The notes beneath the pieces are model-generated. The model searched no databases. It was not told the origin of the DNA and saw only the letters and a list, made by a program, of their open reading frames with translations. DNA of 64,000 nucleotides. It comes from Candidatus Woesearchaeota archaeon (lineage in GTDB: Archaea; Nanobdellota; Nanobdellia; Pacearchaeales; UBA284). This document shows, one piece after another, positions 44,288 through 54,310 of this stretch. Within the stretch, counting starts at the first letter, position 1. Each line of letters starts with the position of its first letter. The DNA lies in contig CAYNFE010000002.1 in assembly GCA_964396475.1 (NCBI GenBank), positions 40,306 to 104,305 of the forward strand, in the 5' to 3' direction. Both the position numbers and the translations under genes were made by a program.

Positions 44288-45632
44288 AATATTTAACCAT
44301 ATAACCTTTTTCTAATTTATAGTTAAGTTTTCTATAATATTCACGAACACCAACTCCGCTAATTATAGATATTTTTTTACATTCACTCTCTAAAGCTACT
44401 TTCTCAGCTTCATTCATCAACCACTTTCCTAAACCAGTGTGTTGAGTTTTTCCCCTCTCTCTCTTACCTATCTCAAGAGTAGGACCATATATATGAAGTT
44501 CTCTAATAATCAATGTTTTGCTCTTATCAGGAATCCTTAATCTTATGAGGCCAAAAATAATATCATCTTCATTAATAACCTCAATAAAAAATTCTTTTCC
44601 TTTTGAAGCATTATATTGAATTTTATTTAATTCAAGATCTTTTTTAATCTCTTTTTTCTCAAGCAAAGCAAAACCAATTTCTCTGCAACGAATACATTTA
44701 CATTTAAGACCTTGTTCTAACATTTTTTCATGAATAACTTTACGTAAGTCAATTCTTATAGTTCCTGCAACAAGAAAATCAGGAGGAATTTCCCTCATAA
44801 TCCTCATAATTCTACAATATTTTGGAACAATTTTCTTAAATTCTATAAGAAGTTTAATCAGCTGTTCTTTTGTATATGGTTTGTATTTTCCTTCTTCGTA
44901 TAGTTTTACAAGTGCGGCTCCTTTAATGACTTGTGTTGGATATATCTTAAGTTGATCTGGCTTGAAATCAGGATTTGAAAATAATTCTTTAAACATCTTG
45001 ATATCTTTTTTAAAATTAGAGCCAGGCAAGCCAGGCATTATATGATAACCTATTTTAAAGCCAGCATTTTTTAATCTTTTTGTAGCATCAATAACATCTT
45101 TAACAGTATGACCTCTACAAACTTTCTTGTAGATTTTATCATCGGGCGCTTGAACACCAATTTCAACTCTTGTACATCCAAATTCTAACATTCTTTCTAT
45201 ATCTTCTTGAGAACAAAAATCAGGACGAGTTTCTATACATAAAGCTATACATCTATGTTTTGCTTTCTCATTTAGTTTTTTAGCTTCTTCAAGATTTTTT
45301 GATTTTTTTCCATTTAAAGCATCAAAACAATTCTTAATGAAATTATATTGATAATCTATTGGATAAGCTGTAAAAGTCCCACCAAGGATTATAAGCTCAA
45401 TTTTATCTGTTGGATGTCCCATAGCTTTAAATGCTTTAAGACGAGCCAGAACTTGTTTGTAAGGATCATAATTTAATGACATAGCGCGCATTATTGCTGG
45501 ACTTTTTGGAGTATAAGATTGAGGAACTGCTAAACTTGGACAATATAAACAAGTTCCATGAGGACATTTTCTTGGTTTGATAACCACTGCTAATGGTGTT
45601 ACTCCGCTTATGGTTTTAGTAGGTTTTCTCAT
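44280..45632 (-). CDS. elp3: Elp3-like tRNA uridine(34) acetyltransferase (radical SAM plus C-terminal GNAT domain)
   Basis: CPHGTCLYC (C-x4-C-x2-C radical-SAM cluster motif typical of Elp3). A large radical-SAM core follows. The C-terminal acetyltransferase block is HTGLGKWLMNEAEKVA. Confidence 0.75.
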   Translation of the reverse strand: MRKPTKTISGVTPLAVVIKPRKCPHGTCLYCPSLAVPQSYTPKSPAIMRAMSLNYDPYKQVLARLKAFKAMGHPTDKIELIILGGTFTAYPIDYQYNFIKNCFDALNGKKSKNLEEAKKLNEKAKHRCIALCIETRPDFCSQEDIERMLEFGCTRVEIGVQAPDDKIYKKVCRGHTVKDVIDATKRLKNAGFKIGYHIMPGLPGSNFKKDIKMFKELFSNPDFKPDQLKIYPTQVIKGAALVKLYEEGKYKPYTKEQLIKLLIEFKKIVPKYCRIMRIMREIPPDFLVAGTIRIDLRKVIHEKMLEQGLKCKCIRCREIGFALLEKKEIKKDLELNKIQYNASKGKEFFIEVINEDDIIFGLIRLRIPDKSKTLIIRELHIYGPTLEIGKRERGKTQHTGLGKWLMNEAEKVALESECKKISIISGVGVREYYRKLNYKLEKGYMVKYFN

Positions 45633-45634
45633 TT

Positions 45635-45967
45635 TTATTTTTTATTACTTAACTCTTTATAAACTACTTCCTTAATAAAATTAGATTCAATATATCTCTT
45701 AATATATCTTGCTTTTGTTAAATCACAAAAAATATCTAAACGTTGAACTCCTTTTGGATGAAAAATTTTTGCTTTAAAAAAACATCTTTTTGCTTGATTA
45801 AACCCATCAATTTTTATATAAGGCGCTCTTACATTTTTTCCACCTTCTATTATACCATAAGCATTAATTTCAACACTTTCATCTAATCTAAGAATTTCTT
45901 CTAACATTGATTTTGTATCTTCGAAAACTCTTGAGTTGCCCCATGAAAGAGTATCTTTATTCTTCAT
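45635..45967 (-). CDS. hypothetical protein
   Basis: 110-aa ORF directly downstream of elp3. Confidence 0.35.
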   Translation of the reverse strand: MKNKDTLSWGNSRVFEDTKSMLEEILRLDESVEINAYGIIEGGKNVRAPYIKIDGFNQAKRCFFKAKIFHPKGVQRLDIFCDLTKARYIKRYIESNFIKEVVYKELSNKK

Positions 45968-46023
45968 TTTTTCTCTTAGCCTTTATTGGAATGTTTTTTA
46001 AATTTAAAAAACTTCTTGAAAAT

Positions 46024-46632
46024 ATGAAACAGGATCAAGAAAAAGTTTGGGATGCTGTTGCAGAAAAATGGCAGGAATATAAAGTTAAACCAACAAAAGA
46101 AGCAGTTGATTTTATTAAAAATAAGAAGGGGAAAATTCTTGATTTAGGTTGTGGCAGTGGAAGAAATTTTACTAAGACTAAAGGAACAATTTATGCAGTT
46201 GATTTTTCTCAGAAAATGCTAAAATATGCTAAAGAATATGCAAAAAATAAAAAATTTAATATTATAACAAAAAAAGCTTTTGCATCTAAACTTCCATTCA
46301 AAGATAATTTTTTTGATAGAGCTATTTTTATTGCTACTTTACATTGCATAGATTCAGAAAAGAAAAGGGAAAAAGTACTCAAAGAACTTTATCGTGTTTT
46401 AAAGCCAAAAGCAGAAGTTATGGTAGCTGTATGGGGCAAAAAACAAAAAAGACTAAAGAATAAGCCAAAAGAATGTATGATTCCTTGGACAATCAATAAT
46501 AAAAAATATTATAGATATACTTATATTTATAATAAACAAGAATTACAAGAAATCTTAGAAAAAGTGGGTTTCAAAGTTCTCAAAGCTAAGGAAGATAAAA
46601 ATATAATTTTTATAGTGAGAAAAATTTTATAA
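46024..46632 (+). CDS. class I SAM-dependent methyltransferase
   Basis: ILDLGCGSGRN (motif I) and an acidic residue after beta2 (AVDFS). The start is set at MKQDQEKVWD (46024) to avoid overlapping the convergent upstream gene. The ORF track starts at 45907. Confidence 0.65.
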   Translation: MKQDQEKVWDAVAEKWQEYKVKPTKEAVDFIKNKKGKILDLGCGSGRNFTKTKGTIYAVDFSQKMLKYAKEYAKNKKFNIITKKAFASKLPFKDNFFDRAIFIATLHCIDSEKKREKVLKELYRVLKPKAEVMVAVWGKKQKRLKNKPKECMIPWTINNKKYYRYTYIYNKQELQEILEKVGFKVLKAKEDKNIIFIVRKIL

Positions 46633-46654
46633 GTCCTATCATCTATTCATTTTT

Positions 46655-48400
46655 ATGGAATCAAAAGAACTGAAAAAGAAGTACATAGAATTTTTTAAGA
46701 AGAAAAATCATAAAGAAATAGTTAATGCTAGTTTGATTCCTGAACATTATCCTTCTGTTCTCTTCACACCAGCAGGAATGCATCCTCTTGTTCCATTCTT
46801 ACTTGGACAGCCACATCCTCAAGGTAAAAGACTTGTGAATGTTCAAAAATGTCTAAGAACAAGAGATATAGATGTAGTTGGTAATAATATACATCTTTCA
46901 TTCTTTGAGATGCTTGGAAACTGGTCATTAGGAGATTATTGGAAAAAAGAAGCAATTGAATATAGTTATGAATTTTTAACAAAAGTATTAAAGATAGATC
47001 CAAAAAAGTTTTATGTGACATGTTTTAAAGGGGACAAGAACGCAGAAAAAGATGAAGAAACAGCAAAAATCTGGTTCTCTATTGGAATTCCTAAAGAAAG
47101 AATCTACTTTTTAAGTAAGGAAGAGAATTGGTGGGGTCCTGCAGGAGAAACTGGGCCTTGCGGGCCTGATACAGAAATGTTTGTTGATACTGGAAAAGAA
47201 AAATGTGGAAAGAATTGTCGTCCAGGCTGCCCATGTGGAAAATATTTTGAAGTATGGAATGATGTTTTCATGCAATATAATAAGACAAAACAAGGAGAAT
47301 ATGAACCACTAAAACAGAAGAATGTTGATACAGGAATGGGAGTTGAAAGAACTGTTGCAATATTACAAGGAAAAAAATCTGTTTATGAAATTGAAACTCT
47401 CAAACCAATAATGGACAAGATCAAGGAGCTAGCGAGAATACAAGAGCCTGATAATAAACAATTAAAGTCAATGAGAATTATTACTGATCATATAAGAGCT
47501 TCTGTATTTATTTTAGGAGATGAAAATCCTGTTGTGCCAAGTAATTTAGATCAGGGCTATATTTTAAGAAGATTTATCAGAAGAGCTATGAGACACGGCA
47601 GATTTTTAAGTCTAAACAAGAATTTTATTCAAGAGCTGGCAAAAATTGTTATAAAAATCAACAAAGACTATGATTTAAAGAAAAAAGAAAAATTTATTCT
47701 AGATGAATTAAAGAAAGAAGAAGGAAAATTTCAAAAAACCTTAGAAAAAGGTCTTAATAAATTCAATAGAATGACTGTAAATAAGAAAATTTCAGGAAAA
47801 GAGGCTTTCTTGCTATTTCAGTCATTTGGTTTTCCTATAGAGATGACAAAAGAATTAGCAGAGGAAAAGAAGATTAAAGTAGATGAAAAAGGTTTCCAAG
47901 AAGAATATAAAAAACATCAAGAAATATCAAGAAAAGGAGCAGAAAAGAAATTCAAAGGAGGCTTATCAGATGCTAGTTATGAAACAACAAAACTTCATAC
48001 AGCTGCACATCTCTTATTGTATGCATTGAGAAAGATTTTGAATCCTAACATTATGCAAAAAGGTTCTAATATAACTCCAGAAAGAATAAGATTTGATTTT
48101 AATTTTGATAGAAAACTAACAGACGAGGAAATAAAAAAAATAGAAAAAATAGTTAATGATAAAATTAAGCAAGGAATTGATGTAGTTAGAAAAGAGATGC
48201 CTGTCAAAGAAGCAAAGAAGTTAGCGAAATCACCTTTTGAATATAGAACAGATACTGTTTCAGTTTACTTTATTGATGACTGCATTGAGATTTGTATGGG
48301 TCCTCATATTAAGAATACAAAAGAGTTAAGCAAGCTCAAGATAACAAAACAAGAATCTGTTGCAGGCGGAGTTAGAAGAATTAGAGCTGTTCTAGAATAA
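46655..48400 (+). CDS. alaS: alanyl-tRNA synthetase, compact bacterial-type (catalytic plus editing domains, no C-Ala domain)
   Basis: N-terminus KKKYIEFFKKKNHKEI...SLIP...VLFTPAGMHP is the bacterial-type AlaRS signature (FF..KGH....SSLVP..DPTLLFTNAGM). The editing-domain motif HTAAHLLLYALR is present. The frame ends at 581 aa, about 300 aa shorter than canonical AlaRS. Confidence 0.75.
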   Translation: MESKELKKKYIEFFKKKNHKEIVNASLIPEHYPSVLFTPAGMHPLVPFLLGQPHPQGKRLVNVQKCLRTRDIDVVGNNIHLSFFEMLGNWSLGDYWKKEAIEYSYEFLTKVLKIDPKKFYVTCFKGDKNAEKDEETAKIWFSIGIPKERIYFLSKEENWWGPAGETGPCGPDTEMFVDTGKEKCGKNCRPGCPCGKYFEVWNDVFMQYNKTKQGEYEPLKQKNVDTGMGVERTVAILQGKKSVYEIETLKPIMDKIKELARIQEPDNKQLKSMRIITDHIRASVFILGDENPVVPSNLDQGYILRRFIRRAMRHGRFLSLNKNFIQELAKIVIKINKDYDLKKKEKFILDELKKEEGKFQKTLEKGLNKFNRMTVNKKISGKEAFLLFQSFGFPIEMTKELAEEKKIKVDEKGFQEEYKKHQEISRKGAEKKFKGGLSDASYETTKLHTAAHLLLYALRKILNPNIMQKGSNITPERIRFDFNFDRKLTDEEIKKIEKIVNDKIKQGIDVVRKEMPVKEAKKLAKSPFEYRTDTVSVYFIDDCIEICMGPHIKNTKELSKLKITKQESVAGGVRRIRAVLE

Positions 48401-48407
48401 GAATAAA

Positions 48408-48638
48408 ATGAAAGAAGAAACTTTTGATGATCTGTTTGGAAAAACCTTAGGAATTAAATTATATGAAAAAGTAGATAATTTTGGCGGGAATCTAATCCAC
48501 AATACATCTTACCGATTACAAACAATTGTATCGATTAGTTATGGTTTTATAATAATACTTCCAACCACAATTTTTACATTAATAGAAGGTTCTTTAGAAG
48601 CTTTAGTAAAAAAATATTATGATAGTTATTCAAATTAA
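48408..48638 (+). CDS. small hypothetical protein
   Basis: 76-aa ORF 8 nt after the alaS stop. Confidence 0.3.
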   Translation: MKEETFDDLFGKTLGIKLYEKVDNFGGNLIHNTSYRLQTIVSISYGFIIILPTTIFTLIEGSLEALVKKYYDSYSN

Positions 48639-49382
48639 ATTCTGTTGATTTAAAAATCCTATGATTGGAACTATAAATCTTGTCCACGCTGCCTGTTTTG
48701 TACTTTGAGCTATCTCTTCTAATAATATCCAACGTGGATTAACTGATACCTTAGTCTCATTCTGCTGTATTGTTAATAATGATTTCTTGTATGGTATTTT
48801 TACAATATTAATATGACCAAGATGATATGGACTTATGCCATCTTTTTCTTCTGGAAGATAAATCCAACCAAGATGTCTTACATATGTAAAATGATTTTGA
48901 ATTTTTACTTCCTCAGCAAGTTCTCTTGTATGAGTATCTTGAATAAGTAAAAAAGGATTGGGTATGGTTCCATTTTTTGTCCATTCGTTATACCTTATAT
49001 CTGAAATGTGTCCACCCCATCCAACATTAATCAAGCCTCCTAATTTTTCAGCTTTAAGAGATTTACCATCTTTAATATCTGAAGCAAAAATATATAATTT
49101 CTGAGCTTCTTTAGTTACAAATATACTATATGTTACTATCTGAAGTAGATGTTCTAGTTTTCCTGAATTTGTGTCAATGATATTTTTATCATAAAATAAA
49201 TTGTTGTTATCTTTTCCCGACTCAAAAGCTAATTTATATCTTTTATACATTTCTTCAAGGGAAATATAGCCTCTGTCTTGTTGAATTGGATTGGCTGGGT
49301 CACTTACAATACCATTAAACATATCTTCTAAATCTGGACCAAAAAGTGCTTTTTTTGGTAATACTAAAATTTGTTCTCCCAT
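48630..49382 (-). CDS. hypothetical protein (possible degenerate Nudix-like REL-AEEV segment)
   Basis: 250-aa ORF. THTRELAEEVKI resembles the REUxEE half of a Nudix box without the G. No confident assignment. Confidence 0.4.
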   Translation of the reverse strand: MGEQILVLPKKALFGPDLEDMFNGIVSDPANPIQQDRGYISLEEMYKRYKLAFESGKDNNNLFYDKNIIDTNSGKLEHLLQIVTYSIFVTKEAQKLYIFASDIKDGKSLKAEKLGGLINVGWGGHISDIRYNEWTKNGTIPNPFLLIQDTHTRELAEEVKIQNHFTYVRHLGWIYLPEEKDGISPYHLGHINIVKIPYKKSLLTIQQNETKVSVNPRWILLEEIAQSTKQAAWTRFIVPIIGFLNQQNLI

Positions 49383-49452
49383 AGCATTTAGAAAAATAAA
49401 AAATATTTTATAAGTTTTATGCCATTTAATTATAACTTTTATAAAATAAGAG

Positions 49453-50019
49453 CTATTTTAGAATAACTTTCAAAAGCTCTGGGAATTCTATTGTACCCAT
49501 ATCATTTTGAGTATAATGACCATGATTTTTTAATTCAATTATTTTACCATCAATTGCTTCATGAAATATTTTAAGACTTTTCTTCCCATCTTCTTCTTCG
49601 TCATCTGCAGTAAACATTATAATTTCTCCTATTCTAGATTTAATAGTTAGATCTATATTGTATTCGTAAAGTGTGCTTCTCGGATCTTTTGCTGTGGGAA
49701 TTTTCCATGGAGCTACAAGAATTAATTTCTTAATTTGTTTTTTAGTTTCTCCAAGCCATCTAACAAGAAATGCACATCCACAACTGTGCCCGATAAGTAT
49801 TGTGTTCTCAGTAACTTTGTTCTTCTCAAATTCTTTTTTCCATTTCTTATATTTTGGTTTCCAAGGAGTAGGCATCAGAGGTGTAAAAATCTTGATTCCT
49901 CTTTTTTCTAATTGCTTCTTAGTCCAAGGAATCCAATGCTTATCATAAGTTCTCGTTCCTGGTAGTCTTGCTTCTTTTTTATTTGAAGGACAACCATGGA
50001 TTATAATACAATTAATCAT
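49453..50019 (-). CDS. alpha/beta-hydrolase-fold serine hydrolase (YdeN/RBBP9-like)
   Basis: IIHGCPSNKKE...ILIGHSCGCAFLVRWL (G-H-S-C-G nucleophile elbow) and C-terminal LKNHGHYTQ. The start was moved to MINCIIIHG to remove a 60-nt overlap with the upstream leuS. Confidence 0.55.
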   Translation of the reverse strand: MINCIIIHGCPSNKKEARLPGTRTYDKHWIPWTKKQLEKRGIKIFTPLMPTPWKPKYKKWKKEFEKNKVTENTILIGHSCGCAFLVRWLGETKKQIKKLILVAPWKIPTAKDPRSTLYEYNIDLTIKSRIGEIIMFTADDEEEDGKKSLKIFHEAIDGKIIELKNHGHYTQNDMGTIEFPELLKVILK

Positions 50020-50020
50020 T

Positions 50021-52483
50021 TTATTCAATATAAATTGCTGGCTTTCCTGGTTTAGCTTTCTTTGCTTTCTTTTTTGGATCATGGGTTATCTTGTTAGTTG
50101 CTTGGAATTTTACATCACAGCCAAATTCTTTTTTAATTGATTGTTTTGTTAGTTCATATACAGAAAGTTCTTTAGGTATGACATAAATATAGATTGCTTT
50201 AGGTTTAGTTCCTGTTATCTTAATAATCTGTCTTATATCTTGTTTTAATTTTTCTTGTATCTCTTCTTCTTTTTCAAACTTTAGATTGATTTTTTTCTCT
50301 TCATGCTTTGGCCAAGATTCCAAGCTGATGAAAGTCTTATTCCATTGATGCCAAAGTTCTTCTGTTATATGCGGGCAGAATATATGTAATAATTTAAGGA
50401 AGGATCCTGCACTTTTCTTATCAATCTGGTTAGTGGAAAAATAATCAAATAATTTTCTGATTTTTATTACAGCAAGATTATATCTGAATTCTTTTATGTC
50501 TTGAGTTACTTCTTTTATTGTCTTATTAACCTTACTCTCTACTCTTAAATCTGATTTTTCAAATTTAAGTTTTATAAAGTAGTCCATAACTCTGTTAATA
50601 AATCTCAAGCTTCCCTCAACCCCTTTATCATCCCATTGAAAACCTTTGTCTGGAGATGCATTAGAGATAAGATAGAGTCTAAGAGAATCTGCTCCAAATT
50701 TTTTGACAGTATCTAAAGGATCAACAACATTTCCCCTAGATTTGGACATTTTCACACCATCTGAACCTAAAACAAGACCCTGATTGAATAAATTAATAGC
50801 AGGTTCACTAAAATCTAACAAACCAAGACTCTGCAAAAATAAAGTATAGAATCTAAAATAAAGAAGATGACTTGAAGCATACTCTGCTCCACCTATGTAC
50901 TGGTCAATAGGCATCCAGTATTTTACTTTTTTCTTATCAAATATCTTGCTCTTGTTTTTTGGATCACAGTATCGCAAGAAATACCATGATGAATTCACAA
51001 AGGTATCCATAGTATCTGTCTCTCTTTTTGCTTTTCCTTTACATTTAGGACAAGTCGTATTGACAAATGATTTATTAGTTTCAAGAGGATTTCCCTTACC
51101 AAATTTAACTTTTTCTGGCAATATTATAGGAAGATCTTTTTCAGGCACTGGAACAATACCACATTTCTCACAATAGACAATAGGAATAGGAGTTCCCCAG
51201 TATCTCTGCCTGCTGATAAGCCAATCTTTAAGCTTGTATTGAATAGTTAGTTTGCCTTTCTTTTTCTGTTCTAAGAATTTTGAAATTTCTTTTATAGATT
51301 TTTCACTGCTTAAGCCATTAAACTTACCTGAATTAACAAGAGTTCCATAATCAATAAATGCCTGTTTCATTGTTTTTTCATCTAGTTTTTTACTTTTCTT
51401 TGGCTGAATAACTACTCTTATAGGAATTTTGTATTTCTTGGCAAATTCAAAATCTCTTTGATCATGAGCAGGAACAGCCATTACCATTCCAGAACCATAT
51501 TCAGCAAGAACAAAATTACCTACATAAACAGGAACCTTTTCATTGTTAATTGGATTGACAGCATATTTTCCTATGAAAACACCCTCTTTATCCATCTTAT
51601 CAATATCTTCTTGTTTTATTCCCCTTAACTTACTAATAAAAGTCATGACTTCTTTCTCTTGTTTGGTTCCTTTGACAAGTTTAGGAAGCTCTGGATGTTG
51701 TGCGCTTATAACCATGAATGTTACACCAAAAATAGTATCTGGGCGAGTTGTGAAGATTGGCCATTTTTTTCCATCTATTATAAAGTCTATTTCTGTACCA
51801 TGACTCTTACCAATCCAATTTTTCTGCATTGTTTTTACTTTTTCATGCCATCCTTCTAACTTATCAATAGAGTCATAAAGTTTAGACGCATAATCTGTAA
51901 TTCTAAAAAACCACTGCTCCAAATGCTTTATCTCAACTTCAGTATCTTTATGACGCCAACACTTACCATCTTGAACTTGTTCGTTTGCCAGAACAGTTTT
52001 ACATCTAGGGCAATAATTAACTGGGGCTTTCTTTCTATAAGCTATGCCTTTCTTAAACATCTGTAAGAATATCCACTGGTCCCATTTGTAATAAGAAGGA
52101 TCATGACTACTAATTATTCTTGACCAATCATAACTTAAACCTAAGGCCTTCTGTTGCTTAATAAAATTAGAAATTGCTTTGTCAGTATATTTTTTTGGAT
52201 GAATGCCTACTTTAATTGCTGCATTTTCTGCAGGCAATCCTAAAGAATCATAACCTACAGGATATAAAACATTAAAGCCAAGCATTCTCATAAATCTTGT
52301 ATAAATATCCCCTATAGAGTATGCAAAAGCATGACCCATATGCAATCCAGTGCCAGAAGGATAAGCAAACATATCTAAAACATAAAATTTCTTCTTTCCC
52401 TTTTTCTCACTAACAACAAATATCTTTTTCTTTTCCCACTCTTTCTGCCACTTTTTTTCTATGGCTTGGAAATTGAATGCCAT
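50021..52483 (-). CDS. leuS: leucyl-tRNA synthetase, bacterial-type
   Basis: YVLDMFAYPSGTGLHMGHAFAYSIGDIYTRFMRMLGFNVLYPVGYDSLGLPAENAA (HMGH and bacterial LeuRS N-terminal block). KMSKS is present as VKMSKSRGN. Length 820 aa. Confidence 0.9.
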   Translation of the reverse strand: MAFNFQAIEKKWQKEWEKKKIFVVSEKKGKKKFYVLDMFAYPSGTGLHMGHAFAYSIGDIYTRFMRMLGFNVLYPVGYDSLGLPAENAAIKVGIHPKKYTDKAISNFIKQQKALGLSYDWSRIISSHDPSYYKWDQWIFLQMFKKGIAYRKKAPVNYCPRCKTVLANEQVQDGKCWRHKDTEVEIKHLEQWFFRITDYASKLYDSIDKLEGWHEKVKTMQKNWIGKSHGTEIDFIIDGKKWPIFTTRPDTIFGVTFMVISAQHPELPKLVKGTKQEKEVMTFISKLRGIKQEDIDKMDKEGVFIGKYAVNPINNEKVPVYVGNFVLAEYGSGMVMAVPAHDQRDFEFAKKYKIPIRVVIQPKKSKKLDEKTMKQAFIDYGTLVNSGKFNGLSSEKSIKEISKFLEQKKKGKLTIQYKLKDWLISRQRYWGTPIPIVYCEKCGIVPVPEKDLPIILPEKVKFGKGNPLETNKSFVNTTCPKCKGKAKRETDTMDTFVNSSWYFLRYCDPKNKSKIFDKKKVKYWMPIDQYIGGAEYASSHLLYFRFYTLFLQSLGLLDFSEPAINLFNQGLVLGSDGVKMSKSRGNVVDPLDTVKKFGADSLRLYLISNASPDKGFQWDDKGVEGSLRFINRVMDYFIKLKFEKSDLRVESKVNKTIKEVTQDIKEFRYNLAVIKIRKLFDYFSTNQIDKKSAGSFLKLLHIFCPHITEELWHQWNKTFISLESWPKHEEKKINLKFEKEEEIQEKLKQDIRQIIKITGTKPKAIYIYVIPKELSVYELTKQSIKKEFGCDVKFQATNKITHDPKKKAKKAKPGKPAIYIE

Positions 52484-52514
52484 GTTAAATTAAAGAATAA
52501 GATATTTTTAAATC

Positions 52515-53486
52515 TTAAGAAGTCACATATAAATCAGAATTTCTATCAATTAAGCTAGCTCCCATGCCTTTTCCAAACAAATAAGAGCGTTGTGACTGCA
52601 TGCTGAACAATAAGTCAAATAAACCTATCTCTCTTTTGTATTCCCTTATATTTGCCTTTATTTCTAATTGTTTTTCTATATAGTTTATTGCCTCTTCTTT
52701 TGTCCCTAACTCATCTACAAGGCCAAGATCTTTAGCTTCTTTTCCGAGATAAAACATTCCATCAGCTAATTCTCTTACTTGTTCTTCTGGCATTTCTCTG
52801 TTCTGAACAATTTCTTTTACAAAGTCTTCATAGATAATATCAAGCTTTTTTAAAATCATGTCTCTCTCTTCTTCTGTAAGCGCTCTAAAAGGACTCATGA
52901 CATCTTTATGTTCTCCTGATGTTAATTTTTCATAAGTAATATTATATTTCTCAAACAATCCAGAAAATTCCAAATATGATGCGATGACTCCAATAGAGCC
53001 TGTAAAACTTAAAGGATGAGCTATAATATGATCACAAGCAGATGCTATCCAGTATGCTCCAGAAGTTCCTTGCTCTCTTATTAATGCTACTGTCAATTTT
53101 TCTTTTCCTGCCTTCTTTACTGCTTCTGCTATTTCACTTGATGCAACAGCACTACCACCTGGACTGTTAATTTCAAAAATTATCGCCTTAATATTATCAT
53201 CTTCTATTGCTTGATCAATATAGGAAACAATTTCATCTGAACTTGCTGTTCTTTGGAACATGAAATCAAAACCTCCAGTTGTTGTGATTGTGCCTTCTAC
53301 AGAAATTAAAGCAACATTTTTCCCAAAATCCTTATTACCAATTAAAAGAGCTATTATTATTACAAAAGCAATGACAGCGATTATTATCCATAGAACAGTC
53401 CATTTATGTCCTATGCTTTTTCCTCTTTTCATAAATGTCTGAAAGAATTTGTTTTTTATAAATTTAATGATTATTTTCCTTAACAA
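52515..53486 (-). CDS. sppA: signal peptide peptidase SppA (S49 family, 36K type), membrane-anchored
   Basis: N-terminal TM helix, then ISVEGTITTTGG, INSPGGSAVASSEIAEAV (catalytic Ser region) and HPLSFTGSIGV blocks. Confidence 0.7.
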   Translation of the reverse strand: MLRKIIIKFIKNKFFQTFMKRGKSIGHKWTVLWIIIAVIAFVIIIALLIGNKDFGKNVALISVEGTITTTGGFDFMFQRTASSDEIVSYIDQAIEDDNIKAIIFEINSPGGSAVASSEIAEAVKKAGKEKLTVALIREQGTSGAYWIASACDHIIAHPLSFTGSIGVIASYLEFSGLFEKYNITYEKLTSGEHKDVMSPFRALTEEERDMILKKLDIIYEDFVKEIVQNREMPEEQVRELADGMFYLGKEAKDLGLVDELGTKEEAINYIEKQLEIKANIREYKREIGLFDLLFSMQSQRSYLFGKGMGASLIDRNSDLYVTS

Positions 53487-53518
53487 TAATATTTATAATA
53501 TATTTTTGACTTGAAATT

Positions 53519-54097
53519 TTGGCTAAGGAGAAAATGGGAAAAACTAGATATATTTCCAAAAATAAGTTAAGAGAAGTTCTTATGGAGCTTTCGCAAATTC
53601 CTATGGCTAATCCTCTTATTGAACTTTTTGCACGTGAAATAGACCCACAAACTACTATGTATAAAGAGGGAAGTACTTATTATACAAATAAACCTGATTA
53701 TAAAGATCATGAAATTTTTGGTAAAGTAAAAGAAAAGAATTTAGGTGTTGAAGTCGCACTAGCTCTTCGTCAACAAAATAACAAATTAAATTTGGATTTT
53801 TATTCTGGAGATATTAAAGAAGTGATGTCTACAGGTGAGAGAAATTCAGTTTTCTGTAATTATTTTTGTTATATTTCAGCTGGTTCTAAAGATACAGGAG
53901 TTTGGGCATATGGAAAAGGAGATCAAAAGACTCTTGGAATCTCAGTTCATTTTTATAGTGATATTAATTTACCTACAAAAAAAGGAAGATGGTTTTTTAA
54001 CCTGATGAAATGGTTTTCTCTAATATCTACTGAATTACATCTTGATATTCATGAACAACCTATTTTTTGGAATGGAGATAAAGAAAATCCCCCTTAA
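53519..54097 (+). CDS. hypothetical protein
   Basis: 192-aa ORF. Confidence 0.4.
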   Translation: MAKEKMGKTRYISKNKLREVLMELSQIPMANPLIELFAREIDPQTTMYKEGSTYYTNKPDYKDHEIFGKVKEKNLGVEVALALRQQNNKLNLDFYSGDIKEVMSTGERNSVFCNYFCYISAGSKDTGVWAYGKGDQKTLGISVHFYSDINLPTKKGRWFFNLMKWFSLISTELHLDIHEQPIFWNGDKENPP

Positions 54098-54310
54098 TTT
54101 CTAAATTATTTTATTTATCGAAACATTTAAAAAGTGTATATTCGTGTGTATACACATAAAGAATACACAAAATTAAAATGTCAAATAAATATAATCTAAA
54201 TTTTGTAGGATATGATCAAACAATTTATAAATCAAAGCTAGATAATTATGATAATTCTTCTGAGGATCATCTAAATCATATAATTAAATGTTATCAAAAA
54301 GGGAATAGTA

